Origin: Candidatus Hydrogenedentota bacterium
GTDB taxonomy: Bacteria > Hydrogenedentota > Hydrogenedentia > Hydrogenedentales > SLHB01
Reading direction: 5' to 3'
Assembly (NCBI GenBank): GCA_963668025.2
Contig: CAXXTH010000010.1
Location: 1-64,000 of the forward strand
Length of the DNA: 64,000 bases
Shown one piece after another: positions 51,187 to 60,155 of the stretch (its first letter is position 1; each line of letters starts with the position of its first letter). The position numbers were made by a program, and so were the translations under genes. The notes under the pieces were generated by a model. It was not told the DNA's origin. It saw only the letters and a list, made by a program, of their open reading frames with translations, and ran no database searches.

Positions 51187-54012
51187 ATGAGTACAATCCA
51201 TCTTGATCTGGATCGGGCGAATCTCAGCTTTTTAGAAGAGTTATACGAAACCTATCTCATTGATCCACTACAACTTAACGATGATTGGCGGCACTATTTC
51301 CAGGGCTTCAACGGCCGCGCCGAAGCGTCCAACGCCCCCGTGCCGGAGGCGAAACCTGCTTGCGGCGGCGCGGATGTGAATAAAAGCGCCGGGTTCATCG
51401 CGAGCCGATGCAGCATATGCGGACGCCAAGAGCAGATGGCGGCTCTCCAGCAGCGCGTAGACAAGCTTATCCGGAATTACCGCGTGCGCGGCCACCGCGT
51501 GGCCAATGTGGACCCCCTGGGCATGCCAGTGACGCCCTTGCCGGAATTGAATCCGCGATACCATGGCTTGGGGCCGGACGATATGGAGCGGCGGTTCTCG
51601 GCGGAGATGCTCGCGCCGAACCGCATGCTCCCGTTACGCAACATCATTGAAGAACTATCTGAAACCTATTGCAACCATATCGGTGTGCAGTTCATGCATA
51701 TCGATGACCTATACATGCGCGAATGGCTCCAGGAGCGCATGGAAAGCACCCGCAACCACATCACCCTCTCACGTGACGCACAGCTTAGGATTCTGACGAA
51801 GCTGACCGATGCGGTTCTCATTGAGGAATTCATTCAAAAGAAATTTACGGGTTCGAAGCGTTTCTCCCTCGAGGGCGCAGAAAGCCTTATTCCGCTGCTT
51901 GACCTGGCCATCGAGAAAGCGGGGGATCAAGGCATCACGGAAATTGTCATCGGCATGGCCCACCGTGGCCGCCTGAATGTGCTGGCCAATATCATGGGCA
52001 AGCGGCCCATGCTCATCTTCCGCGAATTCGCCGATGAAGAAGATGCAAGCCGCCGCGGCGGCGACGTGAAATACCATAAGGGTTATCACAACGACTGGAC
52101 CACCCGTTCCGGCAAGGAAATTCATCTGGCCTTGTGCTTCAATCCGAGCCATCTTGAATTCGTCAACGGCACGGCCATGGGCCGTGTGCGCGCCAAACAA
52201 GACCGGCTCAATGACGATATGCGCGACAATTCCATGGTGCTGCTTATTCACGGCGACGCGGCTTTCGCCGGGGAGGGCGTTGTACAGGAAACGCTCAATC
52301 TGAGCCAGCTCGAGGGATACCGCGTTGGCGGCACGCTCCATGTTATCGTGAATAATCAAATCGGTTTCACCACGACGCCGGAAGACGGGCGTTCGGGCGT
52401 ATACGCCTCCGACGTGGCCAAAATGCTGCAAATCCCCATTTTTCATGTGAACGGTGAAAATCCGGAAGCCGTCGCCCAGGCCATTACGCTGGGCATGGAG
52501 TTCCGCAAGACCTTCAAGCGCGATGTGGTGATCGACATGTACTGCTACCGCCGCTGGGGCCACAATGAAGGTGATGAACCGTCCTTCACCCAGCCCGTCA
52601 TGTACCGCGCCATCGGCCAGCGTAAACCCGTGCGCGACGGTTATCTTGAGAATCTGCTGAAGCTCAATGAAGTCACCCAGGCGGAAGCGGATGGCATCGT
52701 CGAAACCTGCCGCAAGGAACTCGATAAGGAACTCGCCGCCGCGAGGGAAGGTAAAACGGCCCCCGCCGTGCAGCCCAGCCAACGTACGAGCATTCTCGGG
52801 CCCATCTGGCGGCGCTATAAAGGCGGGCATGACGCCGATGTCGAGGAAACGGGCACCAGCGTGAACGCGGAACGCCTGCGGTTCCTTCTCGAACGTACGG
52901 CGGCATATCCTGAATCATTCACGCCGCATCCCAAGATCGTCCGGCTGCTCGAATTACGCCAAGCCATGGCGCGGGGTGAAAAACCGCTGGACTGGTCGGC
53001 TGCCGAGGCCATGGCGTTCGCAACCCTGGCCACGGAACACTACCCCATCCGCCTTACGGGACAAGACAGCCGCCGGGGCACCTTCAGCCACCGCCACGCC
53101 ATGCTGGCCGATTACCAGAACGGGCGGCCTTACATGCCGCTCCAGCATCTCGAACCGGGCCAGGCGCGCGTCGAAATTTATAACAGCCCCCTGAGCGAGT
53201 CCGGCGTGCTGGCGTATGAATATGGATACAGCATCGCGTATCCTGATGCGCTGGTGATTTGGGAGGCGCAATTCGGCGATTTCGCCAACTGCGCCCAGGT
53301 GCTCATTGACCAAGGCATCACCAGCGCCGAAGAGAAATGGCGCAGCCTGAGCGGCATCGTCATGCTGCTGCCCCACGGCCTCGAGGGCATGGGGCCCGAG
53401 CATTCGAGCGCGCGCATCGAACGCTTCCTATTTCTCGCGGCGGAGGACAACATCCAAGTCGTCATCCCCTCGACGCCCGCCCAGTTGTTCCATTGCCTGC
53501 GGCGGCAAGTGGTGCGGCCATGGCGCAAACCGTTGATAGTCATGACGCCCAAGAGCCTGCTGCGCCACCCGAAAGTCGTGTCGCCGCTCGAAGACCTTGC
53601 GCAGGGCCGGTTCCATCGCATTCTTCCCGACGCCATGGGCATTCGCAAGAAAGCCAGGCGCGTGCTTCTATGCAGCGGCAAGATATATTATGAACTCGAA
53701 GAGGAACGGGAGCGGCTGGGGCGCGATGATGTGGCCATCTTGCGTGTCGAGCAACTCTATCCGCTTCAGGAGTCCTACATCGAAGAGGCGCTGGCGCCCT
53801 ATTCCGCCAAGACGGAAGCCTTATGGGTCCAGGAAGAGCCAGAAAACATGGGCGCGTGGTATTATTGGCGCGTGCGGTTCTGTGAACGCTTGCTTGGCAG
53901 GCCGCTGCGCGGCGTGTGCCGTCCGGCATCGGCCAGCCCTGCGGGGGGGTCAGCCAGCGGCCACAGGCTTGAACAGCGCATGCTGATCGAGCAGGCGTTC
54001 GCGGGCATATGA
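51187..54012 (+). CDS. sucA: 2-oxoglutarate dehydrogenase E1
   Basis: Motifs KRFSLEG, GMAHRGRLN, GDVKYH, NPSHLE, HGDAAFAGEG, WEAQFGDF and QEEPENMG. Confidence 0.96.
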   Translation: MSTIHLDLDRANLSFLEELYETYLIDPLQLNDDWRHYFQGFNGRAEASNAPVPEAKPACGGADVNKSAGFIASRCSICGRQEQMAALQQRVDKLIRNYRVRGHRVANVDPLGMPVTPLPELNPRYHGLGPDDMERRFSAEMLAPNRMLPLRNIIEELSETYCNHIGVQFMHIDDLYMREWLQERMESTRNHITLSRDAQLRILTKLTDAVLIEEFIQKKFTGSKRFSLEGAESLIPLLDLAIEKAGDQGITEIVIGMAHRGRLNVLANIMGKRPMLIFREFADEEDASRRGGDVKYHKGYHNDWTTRSGKEIHLALCFNPSHLEFVNGTAMGRVRAKQDRLNDDMRDNSMVLLIHGDAAFAGEGVVQETLNLSQLEGYRVGGTLHVIVNNQIGFTTTPEDGRSGVYASDVAKMLQIPIFHVNGENPEAVAQAITLGMEFRKTFKRDVVIDMYCYRRWGHNEGDEPSFTQPVMYRAIGQRKPVRDGYLENLLKLNEVTQAEADGIVETCRKELDKELAAAREGKTAPAVQPSQRTSILGPIWRRYKGGHDADVEETGTSVNAERLRFLLERTAAYPESFTPHPKIVRLLELRQAMARGEKPLDWSAAEAMAFATLATEHYPIRLTGQDSRRGTFSHRHAMLADYQNGRPYMPLQHLEPGQARVEIYNSPLSESGVLAYEYGYSIAYPDALVIWEAQFGDFANCAQVLIDQGITSAEEKWRSLSGIVMLLPHGLEGMGPEHSSARIERFLFLAAEDNIQVVIPSTPAQLFHCLRRQVVRPWRKPLIVMTPKSLLRHPKVVSPLEDLAQGRFHRILPDAMGIRKKARRVLLCSGKIYYELEEERERLGRDDVAILRVEQLYPLQESYIEEALAPYSAKTEALWVQEEPENMGAWYYWRVRFCERLLGRPLRGVCRPASASPAGGSASGHRLEQRMLIEQAFAGI

Positions 54013-54075
54013 GCCGCGCCTCTTTGGCGTGAGTGGCTGGAGTACGGGGTAATCATCAAACGACAAGGAGTACGC

Positions 54076-54918
54076 ATGTCCGCCATCATACTCGACGGGA
54101 AAACGCTGGCCAAACAACTCGAAGGAGAACTCGCCCAGCGGGTGGAGCAGCTCATATCCAAAACGGGGCATACGCCCACGCTGGCCACGATTCTGGTGGG
54201 CGATGATCCCGCTTCGGCGACCTATGTGCGCATGAAGGGCAACGCCTGCGCGCGGGTCGGCATGACATCGCGTAAAATCGAAATGCCCGCCAGCACGACG
54301 ACGGAGCAATTGCTCGCGGAAATTGAATCGCTCAACAACAACCCGGAAGTGACAGGCATCCTGTTGCAGCATCCCGTTCCCGCGCAGATCGACGAACGGC
54401 GCTGCTTCGACGCCATCGCCCTCGGAAAAGACGTGGACGGCGTGACCTGCCTCGGGTTCGGGCGCATGTCCATGGGCGAACCGGCGTTTGGCTCGGCCAC
54501 GCCCGCGGGCATCATGCGCTTGCTCAAGCACTACCAAATCCCGATGAAAGGCAAGCGCGCCGTGGTCGTGGGGCGCAGCCCCATCCTCGGCAAGCCCATG
54601 GCCATGATGCTCCTGAATGAACACGCCACGGTGACCATCTGCCATTCCCGCACCAATGATCTGCCGGACGTGGTCCGCCAAGCCGAGATCCTGGTCGGGG
54701 CCGTGGGCAAGCCTGAGTTCATCCGAGGCGAATGGGTCGCGGAAGGGGCCGTGGTGATCGACGCGGGATACCATCCCGGCGGCGTGGGCGACATCGAATT
54801 GAGCGCCATAACGGAAAAATGCGCGGCCTATACCCCCGTGCCCGGCGGCGTCGGCCCTATGACCATCGCCACGCTTATTGCCCAGACGTTGGAGGCGGGT
54901 TTGGGGTTTAGGGTTTAG
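54076..54918 (+). CDS. folD: Bifunctional methylenetetrahydrofolate dehydrogenase/cyclohydrolase
   Basis: Motifs [33 protein letters not shown] and [11 protein letters not shown]. Confidence 0.96.
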   Translation: MSAIILDGKTLAKQLEGELAQRVEQLISKTGHTPTLATILVGDDPASATYVRMKGNACARVGMTSRKIEMPASTTTEQLLAEIESLNNNPEVTGILLQHPVPAQIDERRCFDAIALGKDVDGVTCLGFGRMSMGEPAFGSATPAGIMRLLKHYQIPMKGKRAVVVGRSPILGKPMAMMLLNEHATVTICHSRTNDLPDVVRQAEILVGAVGKPEFIRGEWVAEGAVVIDAGYHPGGVGDIELSAITEKCAAYTPVPGGVGPMTIATLIAQTLEAGLGFRV

Positions 54919-54953
54919 GGTCTTGGGTGTAGGGTCTTGGGTGTAGGGTGGGG
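54898..54953 (+). repeat. G-rich heptamer tandem repeat (GGGTTTA/GGGTCTT/GGGTGTA)
   Basis: gggtttg gggttta gggttta gggtctt gggtgta gggtctt gggtgta gggtggg, overlapping the folD stop. Confidence 0.8.
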
Positions 54954-54987
54954 CTTGCCCCACCGTTCAGGCGTTTGTCTCTCTAAA

Positions 54988-55163
54988 GCGGATTTCTAGA
55001 AATGGAGCTGGCAAGCCAATATAAGGAAATATCGGCAAAATTCATAAAAGAGAACATGAAAGCGGTAGCAAGCTACCGCTTTGGGCGTGCGGATTTTGTT
55101 TAAATAACTCTTTTCGTTTTTTTGGCGATGTAGATTCATACGAGAAGCACTTTTAGAAGGCCC
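54988..55163. repeat. Second copy of the MITE-like core found at 1642-1880
   Basis: Shares gatttc..aaatggagctggcaagcc, aaagcggtagcaagctaccgc, gcgtgcgg and ggcgatgt..attc in the same order. Confidence 0.7.
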
Positions 55164-55212
55164 TTTTCGCGGAGATGACTTATAATACTAATTATAAAGA
55201 AAGCAAATTGAT

Positions 55213-55542
55213 ATGGCTGATGTGCAAATTGTAAACACGATTCAACGTTATTTGCAGGCGCTGCAAGCCAAAGGCCTCCCCGTGAGGTTTGCCATTTTGT
55301 TTGGCTCTTATGTGAATGGCATTCCGGATCAATGGAGCGATATCGATCTGCTGGTGGTGTCACCCCGGTTTGATGGCCTGGCGAAACGGGAAGATATCAA
55401 TTTGCTTTGGCGGGTGGCCGCCCGCACGGATAGCCGGATCGAGCCCGTTCCATGCGGCGAGTCGCAATGGGCGGCCGATACGTCAAATGTGCTTGTTGAG
55501 AGCGCACGGCGGGAAGGCGAACGTATTTCGCCTGCGGCATGA
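55213..55542 (+). CDS. Minimal nucleotidyltransferase (MNT antitoxin-like), orphan
   Basis: 109 aa with ILFGSY...[10 protein letters not shown]. No adjacent HEPN gene. Confidence 0.85.
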   Translation: MADVQIVNTIQRYLQALQAKGLPVRFAILFGSYVNGIPDQWSDIDLLVVSPRFDGLAKREDINLLWRVAARTDSRIEPVPCGESQWAADTSNVLVESARREGERISPAA

Positions 55543-55609
55543 TATTGCGAAACCGTCTTGGCGGCTTAACCATTCATACCTTCATCTGTTACAAGGGAGG
55601 CGATTGTTG

Positions 55610-56818
55610 ATGGCGGTTGAAATCAAAGTGCCGGAAGTCGGTGAATCCATCACGGAGGTCGAACTGGGCCAATGGCTAAAACCGGTGGGCGCGTACGCCA
55701 AGCCCGATGAGCCGCTGGTCGAGCTCGAATCTGAAAAGGCCACCATCGAACTGCCTTCTCCTGCGGGCGGCATTCTCACGCAGATTCTCAAGCAAACCGG
55801 CAATACCGCCGAAGTCGGCGAAGTCATCGGATACATCGAGGCGGCGGAAGCCCCTGATACGCCTGCGCCTGAACAAAAAACAGTAGCGGCAACACCTGCG
55901 CCAGAACCGGCCGCGCCGCGCGTCATGCCCGCCGCCCAGCGCGTCATGGCGGAAGCGAAGCTGTCTCTGGCGGACATCACGCCCACGGGGCCTGGCGGGC
56001 GCATCCTCAAGGAAGACGCCCAGCGCGCCGCACAAGCAAAACCGGCATCGACCACGGCGGTTCCTGAGACGCAGCCTCCGCCCGTAGTGGCATCCATTCC
56101 ACTTCCCCCATCGACAGGTGCGCGCGAGACGCGCATGGTGCGCATGACGCCTATCCGCCGCACCATCGCCGCGCGGCTCGTCGAGGCCCAGCAAAACGCC
56201 GCGCTGTTGACGACCTTCAACGAGCTCGACATGAGCGCCGTCAAGGCCATGCGGGCCGATTTGCAGGAGGCCTTCCAGGCGCGGCATGGCGTCAAGCTCG
56301 GATTCATGTCGTTTTTTGTCCGTGCGGCGGTCCACGCGCTGCAAGCGTTTCCCGCCATCAACGCCCAAATCCGCGACAACGACATCATCTATTATGACTA
56401 CTGCGACATCGGCATCGCCGTAGGCTCGGGCAAAGGGCTGGTCGTCCCCGTGCTGCGCAACGCGGAAACCATGGGCTTCGCCGAGATCGAGCAGCGCATC
56501 ACCGAATTCGCCGCACGCGCATGCGACAACAAGCTCGCCATCGAAGAACTCCAAGGCGGCACGTTCACCATCACCAACGGCGGCGTGTATGGTTCGATGC
56601 TCTCGACGCCCATTATCAATCCGCCGCAAAGCGGTGTGCTCGGCATGCATGCCATCATGGACCGCCCCATCGCCCTCGAAGGGCAAGTGGCGATTCGCCC
56701 CATGATGTATGTGGCCCTCACGTATGACCACCGCATGGTGGACGGCCGCGAGGCGGTCACTTTCCTGAAGGCCATCAAGGAGCGCATCGAGAAGCCCGCG
56801 CTGCTGCTCGATTTCTAA
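55610..56818 (+). CDS. sucB: Dihydrolipoyllysine succinyltransferase E2
   Basis: Lipoyl domain ESEKAT, binding domain [10 protein letters not shown], catalytic TFTITNGG and [16 protein letters not shown] precedes ATG 55610. Confidence 0.95.
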   Translation: MAVEIKVPEVGESITEVELGQWLKPVGAYAKPDEPLVELESEKATIELPSPAGGILTQILKQTGNTAEVGEVIGYIEAAEAPDTPAPEQKTVAATPAPEPAAPRVMPAAQRVMAEAKLSLADITPTGPGGRILKEDAQRAAQAKPASTTAVPETQPPPVVASIPLPPSTGARETRMVRMTPIRRTIAARLVEAQQNAALLTTFNELDMSAVKAMRADLQEAFQARHGVKLGFMSFFVRAAVHALQAFPAINAQIRDNDIIYYDYCDIGIAVGSGKGLVVPVLRNAETMGFAEIEQRITEFAARACDNKLAIEELQGGTFTITNGGVYGSMLSTPIINPPQSGVLGMHAIMDRPIALEGQVAIRPMMYVALTYDHRMVDGREAVTFLKAIKERIEKPALLLDF

Positions 56819-56828
56819 GGGAGATTAT

Positions 56829-57410
56829 ATGGACGTTGTGCTGGTGGTGGCGGAGGATGAAGCCGTATGCAGCTCCATTCAAAACGCTTTACCCGAAACC
56901 GAACTTATTCTGACGGCGGCTTCGCTTGAAGAAGCATTGCAGCGGTTGGTGGCATTTCAAGCCGACGCCCTTTTCGTGGAAGAAACACCCAGCTTAAACT
57001 TGTGCGCCATTCAACAATTGCGCATGGCGTCCGGCGCGGCCCCGGTCATCTTGATTCCATCCACATGGGAGCTGGATTCGTATGCCCAATACGCCGAGGC
57101 GGGCGTTGCCGCATGCCTGCCCCGGTGGCCCACGGTGGAACAGCTCCAATCTTGCTTATCCCACTGCCTGCAAACTCAGGCGGCCGGACGTCCGGCGGTT
57201 CCCGTGGCGCAGCGCACCAAGCATGAGCCAGAAGCGGCGGGTGATGCCGCAACCCTCGAAGCGGCGGTGCAACAGCTCGAACGCCGCATGATTCTGCAAG
57301 CGCTCGAAGAAGCCAGCTATGTGCAAACCCAAGCCGCGAAACGCCTCGGTGTGACGCGCCGCATCCTCAAATACAAAATGGACCAGCTCGGTATCACCGA
57401 ACCCGCATGA
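56829..57410 (+). CDS. Atypical receiver-like domain plus Fis-type HTH regulator
   Basis: The REC-like N-terminus has FVEET instead of an Asp at the phospho-site. C-terminal LEEASYVQTQAAKRLGVTRRILKYKM HTH; no AAA+ domain. Confidence 0.65.
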   Translation: MDVVLVVAEDEAVCSSIQNALPETELILTAASLEEALQRLVAFQADALFVEETPSLNLCAIQQLRMASGAAPVILIPSTWELDSYAQYAEAGVAACLPRWPTVEQLQSCLSHCLQTQAAGRPAVPVAQRTKHEPEAAGDAATLEAAVQQLERRMILQALEEASYVQTQAAKRLGVTRRILKYKMDQLGITEPA

Positions 57411-57420
57411 GCGAGAGTCC

Positions 57421-57443
57421 GTAGCATGGGCGTCCCGCCCATG
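57421..57443 (+). repeat. GTAG-type REP (single copy)
   Basis: gtagcatgggcgtcccgcccatg. Confidence 0.75.
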
Positions 57444-57506
57444 CCGCGGGAAGCGCATATCTTTCTACTCTTACCGTGTTGACACCTCCCGGATTCGGCC
57501 TCTATA

Positions 57507-59942
57507 GTGGCCGGAGCGGGCGATGCGGTTCCGCATCCCAGCAGCCCGCGGCATCCACTAGATGAGGATACGCTGTTGCAGGATCATGATCAGAGCTCGG
57601 AACGGCCGCGCATTGCACCGGTCCGTGGAATTGTACTTGCGCAGAGCCGCGCGGGGGCGTGTTATCCCGCCAGCGCGTTGCGCCGATGGATTCGCGCTAA
57701 TCGCGCCATTTATAAAGCGCCTAAAATAGACCTGTTCGTGCGTGGCCTTCTCCCCACATGCCTCGACGAATTGTTGGAACACGCCCAGCGCTTGGACGCC
57801 CGATTGTCGTTGCGTACGGACTGTGAAGCCAGCATACCGGGCTTGAATGCGCTAAAGGCAGCCGGGCTCTTCGATGTATTTCTATGTCCTCTTGCGCCCG
57901 ATTCCCTTGCATTCAACACTTGGCTGGATGCATGCGCGGCGGCGGGTCTGCCCATACGCATCCAATTCCAAGGGCCATTTCCATCTGGATTTAGCGGAGA
58001 GGATTGCGCGGAGCGCCTAGCCCGCGCAGGTGTTACGGTGGCCAATCTGGCGTTATATGATCCATTGGCCCTGGAAACCGCACCCATGGACGCCGCCGCA
58101 TGCCGCGACTATATCGATACCGTGAGCAGCCTGGCCCGCCAATTGAGCACGCGGAACGTGGAAACCAATTTGCTTCGGTTCCCCTATTGCCATTTCGATG
58201 AAGAATTATGGCCTTATATTATTGGCGATGCGCAGTTCTTTCTCGACCATTCCCAGTACCAGCGTGCATCCTTTGAATTTGCACAAAAAACTCAGTATCG
58301 GGGCCCCATCATTGTATCCAAGTTGATCAATGCGTTGCTGGTCCAGAATAGTTCACTCAATCCCGCACTGGACGCCAAGTTGTTTCCCTGGCTGCTCGAG
58401 CATCCCGCGCTCAATGCGCGTTTATGGTTTCTCCATAAACTCACCCGGCATTTCCGCTGGCGCTGGCTCGCACCGAAGCCGCGCATCCAGGACGGCCCAT
58501 CCCTCGAACAAGCGGTGGCCCGCGCCCAAGAAAAACGCGCTAAGGCTTTTCCTCCTGCCTGCGGAAACTGCCAGTTGCGGAACATATGCCTGGGCGATAC
58601 GCCGTTGCGCGGACGCCTGCTGCCGGGGCTGACGGTGCAACCACTCGATGGAGAGCCGATTCCATTCCCCATGTGCTTCTGCAAAGCGCAGGCCAAGCAT
58701 TATGACGCTATCGACGCCCAGCGGGCGCAGGCCAGTGATGGCCACAAGGCGCTTGCGGAAGAGGCGCTTCGGATTGTGCATAATGAAATGCCCACTCGGA
58801 AAATCGACGCCTTTGAATATGAGATCGAGGGCCAATACGCCATGCAGATGTTGGGGGGAATGCGCTGGTTTTCCATTACCCCTACCGAAAAACAGAGCAC
58901 CATCTTGGCGCGGCTCGAACCGCCTTTCACGCTGGCCGTGACATTTTGCGCAGGTTCCGCCGAATACATTGGGTTTTCCTTCGGCCGGCACTGCAAAACC
59001 GTATGCGCCATGGACAGCTTTAACCATTGCCTGGCGCTTCATGTCGCGGCGGATGGGCATTATGTCTTGTTGCGCGATGATATTCCGGTACACCCCATGG
59101 AATTCGAGGGCGTGCATTATGCCCCACTCCGATTGGCGGGCATGATCGAGCCGCGCATCTGCATCGGCAATATCGATGGCGCGATTGTCACCCAGAATGT
59201 GTGTTTATGGGAGCATAACCGGCAAGCCGCCGCTGTCTGCACCGGCATCCGTTATTCCTTCCTCATTTTCAGCACCCGCTACGCCCGCCGTTTGCAAGCC
59301 GTGCTTCAAAGCATCGCCCACCAGCGCGATTATGATTTGTCCCGTGTCGAAGTCATCGTGGCGTATGTTCCCGGCATCGACGCCGTGGATGATTTGCTCG
59401 ATTCGTTCCATATCTCGTATCCAGCGATCCATATCGTCCGCTCCCCGTTTACCGAGCATTACGCCCGCTCCAAGGGTTTTGTTATCAATGAATCCGTCTG
59501 CGCCGCATCCGGTGAATGGGTCATCTTGCTTGATAGTGACATCATCTTGCCGCCGGAGATGCTTAGTGAAATGGAAAAAGTAGAAGCCCAGACGAATTTT
59601 ATCGCCCCGGATGGCCGGAAAATGTTGGAAGAAGAGGCTACCGCGCGTATTCTTATGGGCGAAGTGCGGCCATGGGAATCGTGGGACGCCCTCGTCGAGG
59701 GGCCGGGCGAATTCCGCCTGCGCGAGGCCGAAGGCGCGCCCATCGGGTTTTTCCAAGCGGTTCGGCGCTCTTGTCTCGATGAGATTAAATATATGGAAAT
59801 GGACCACTTCGAGTGGGCGGATCTGTGGTTTGGGATTCATATGCGGGAGAAATTCGGCCGGGAAGTGCGAACCAGCGGGGCCATCGTCCTTCATATGGAT
59901 CATGGCGGCAGCCAGTGGTATGGCACCGCCAAGCATCGGTAG
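57507..59942 (+). CDS. Multidomain protein with C-terminal GT2 glycosyltransferase and radical-SAM-like N-terminal remnant
   Basis: C-terminal GEWVILLDSDIIL (DxD) and KGFVINES. N-terminal FPYC...CGNCQLRNICLG. The true start is uncertain; TTGACA-N18-TATAGT lies just upstream. Confidence 0.65.
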   Translation: MAGAGDAVPHPSSPRHPLDEDTLLQDHDQSSERPRIAPVRGIVLAQSRAGACYPASALRRWIRANRAIYKAPKIDLFVRGLLPTCLDELLEHAQRLDARLSLRTDCEASIPGLNALKAAGLFDVFLCPLAPDSLAFNTWLDACAAAGLPIRIQFQGPFPSGFSGEDCAERLARAGVTVANLALYDPLALETAPMDAAACRDYIDTVSSLARQLSTRNVETNLLRFPYCHFDEELWPYIIGDAQFFLDHSQYQRASFEFAQKTQYRGPIIVSKLINALLVQNSSLNPALDAKLFPWLLEHPALNARLWFLHKLTRHFRWRWLAPKPRIQDGPSLEQAVARAQEKRAKAFPPACGNCQLRNICLGDTPLRGRLLPGLTVQPLDGEPIPFPMCFCKAQAKHYDAIDAQRAQASDGHKALAEEALRIVHNEMPTRKIDAFEYEIEGQYAMQMLGGMRWFSITPTEKQSTILARLEPPFTLAVTFCAGSAEYIGFSFGRHCKTVCAMDSFNHCLALHVAADGHYVLLRDDIPVHPMEFEGVHYAPLRLAGMIEPRICIGNIDGAIVTQNVCLWEHNRQAAAVCTGIRYSFLIFSTRYARRLQAVLQSIAHQRDYDLSRVEVIVAYVPGIDAVDDLLDSFHISYPAIHIVRSPFTEHYARSKGFVINESVCAASGEWVILLDSDIILPPEMLSEMEKVEAQTNFIAPDGRKMLEEEATARILMGEVRPWESWDALVEGPGEFRLREAEGAPIGFFQAVRRSCLDEIKYMEMDHFEWADLWFGIHMREKFGREVRTSGAIVLHMDHGGSQWYGTAKHR

Positions 59943-60155
59943 TATTCCAAAAGAACAAGGCTGGTAACACTCTAGCCATGTGGAGCAAAGGCAGTGGGCC
60001 GATTGTTGAACCGCGAATGGATGCGAATAAACGCGAATACAAGATGGACAAGATTTTTTGTAATACTTTAGCGGGCTGAAACAAGAGCAATTTTTATAGA
60101 CATGATATCCAAAATTGATATAGCGGTGAAACGAACGTAAAGAAAGCGGGGAAAT

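Noticed and set aside
51400-51430. CxxC (CSIC) in the SucA N-terminal linker
   Set aside because: A single motif in a variable linker; nothing further supports metal or redox function.
55316-55609. 98-aa N-terminal extension of SucB in the ORF track
   Set aside because: It overlaps the MNT gene; the RBS and lipoyl domain place the start at 55610.
57507-57560. GC-rich hairpin after the promoter as a riboswitch
   Set aside because: It matches no riboswitch consensus I recognise and has no expression platform.
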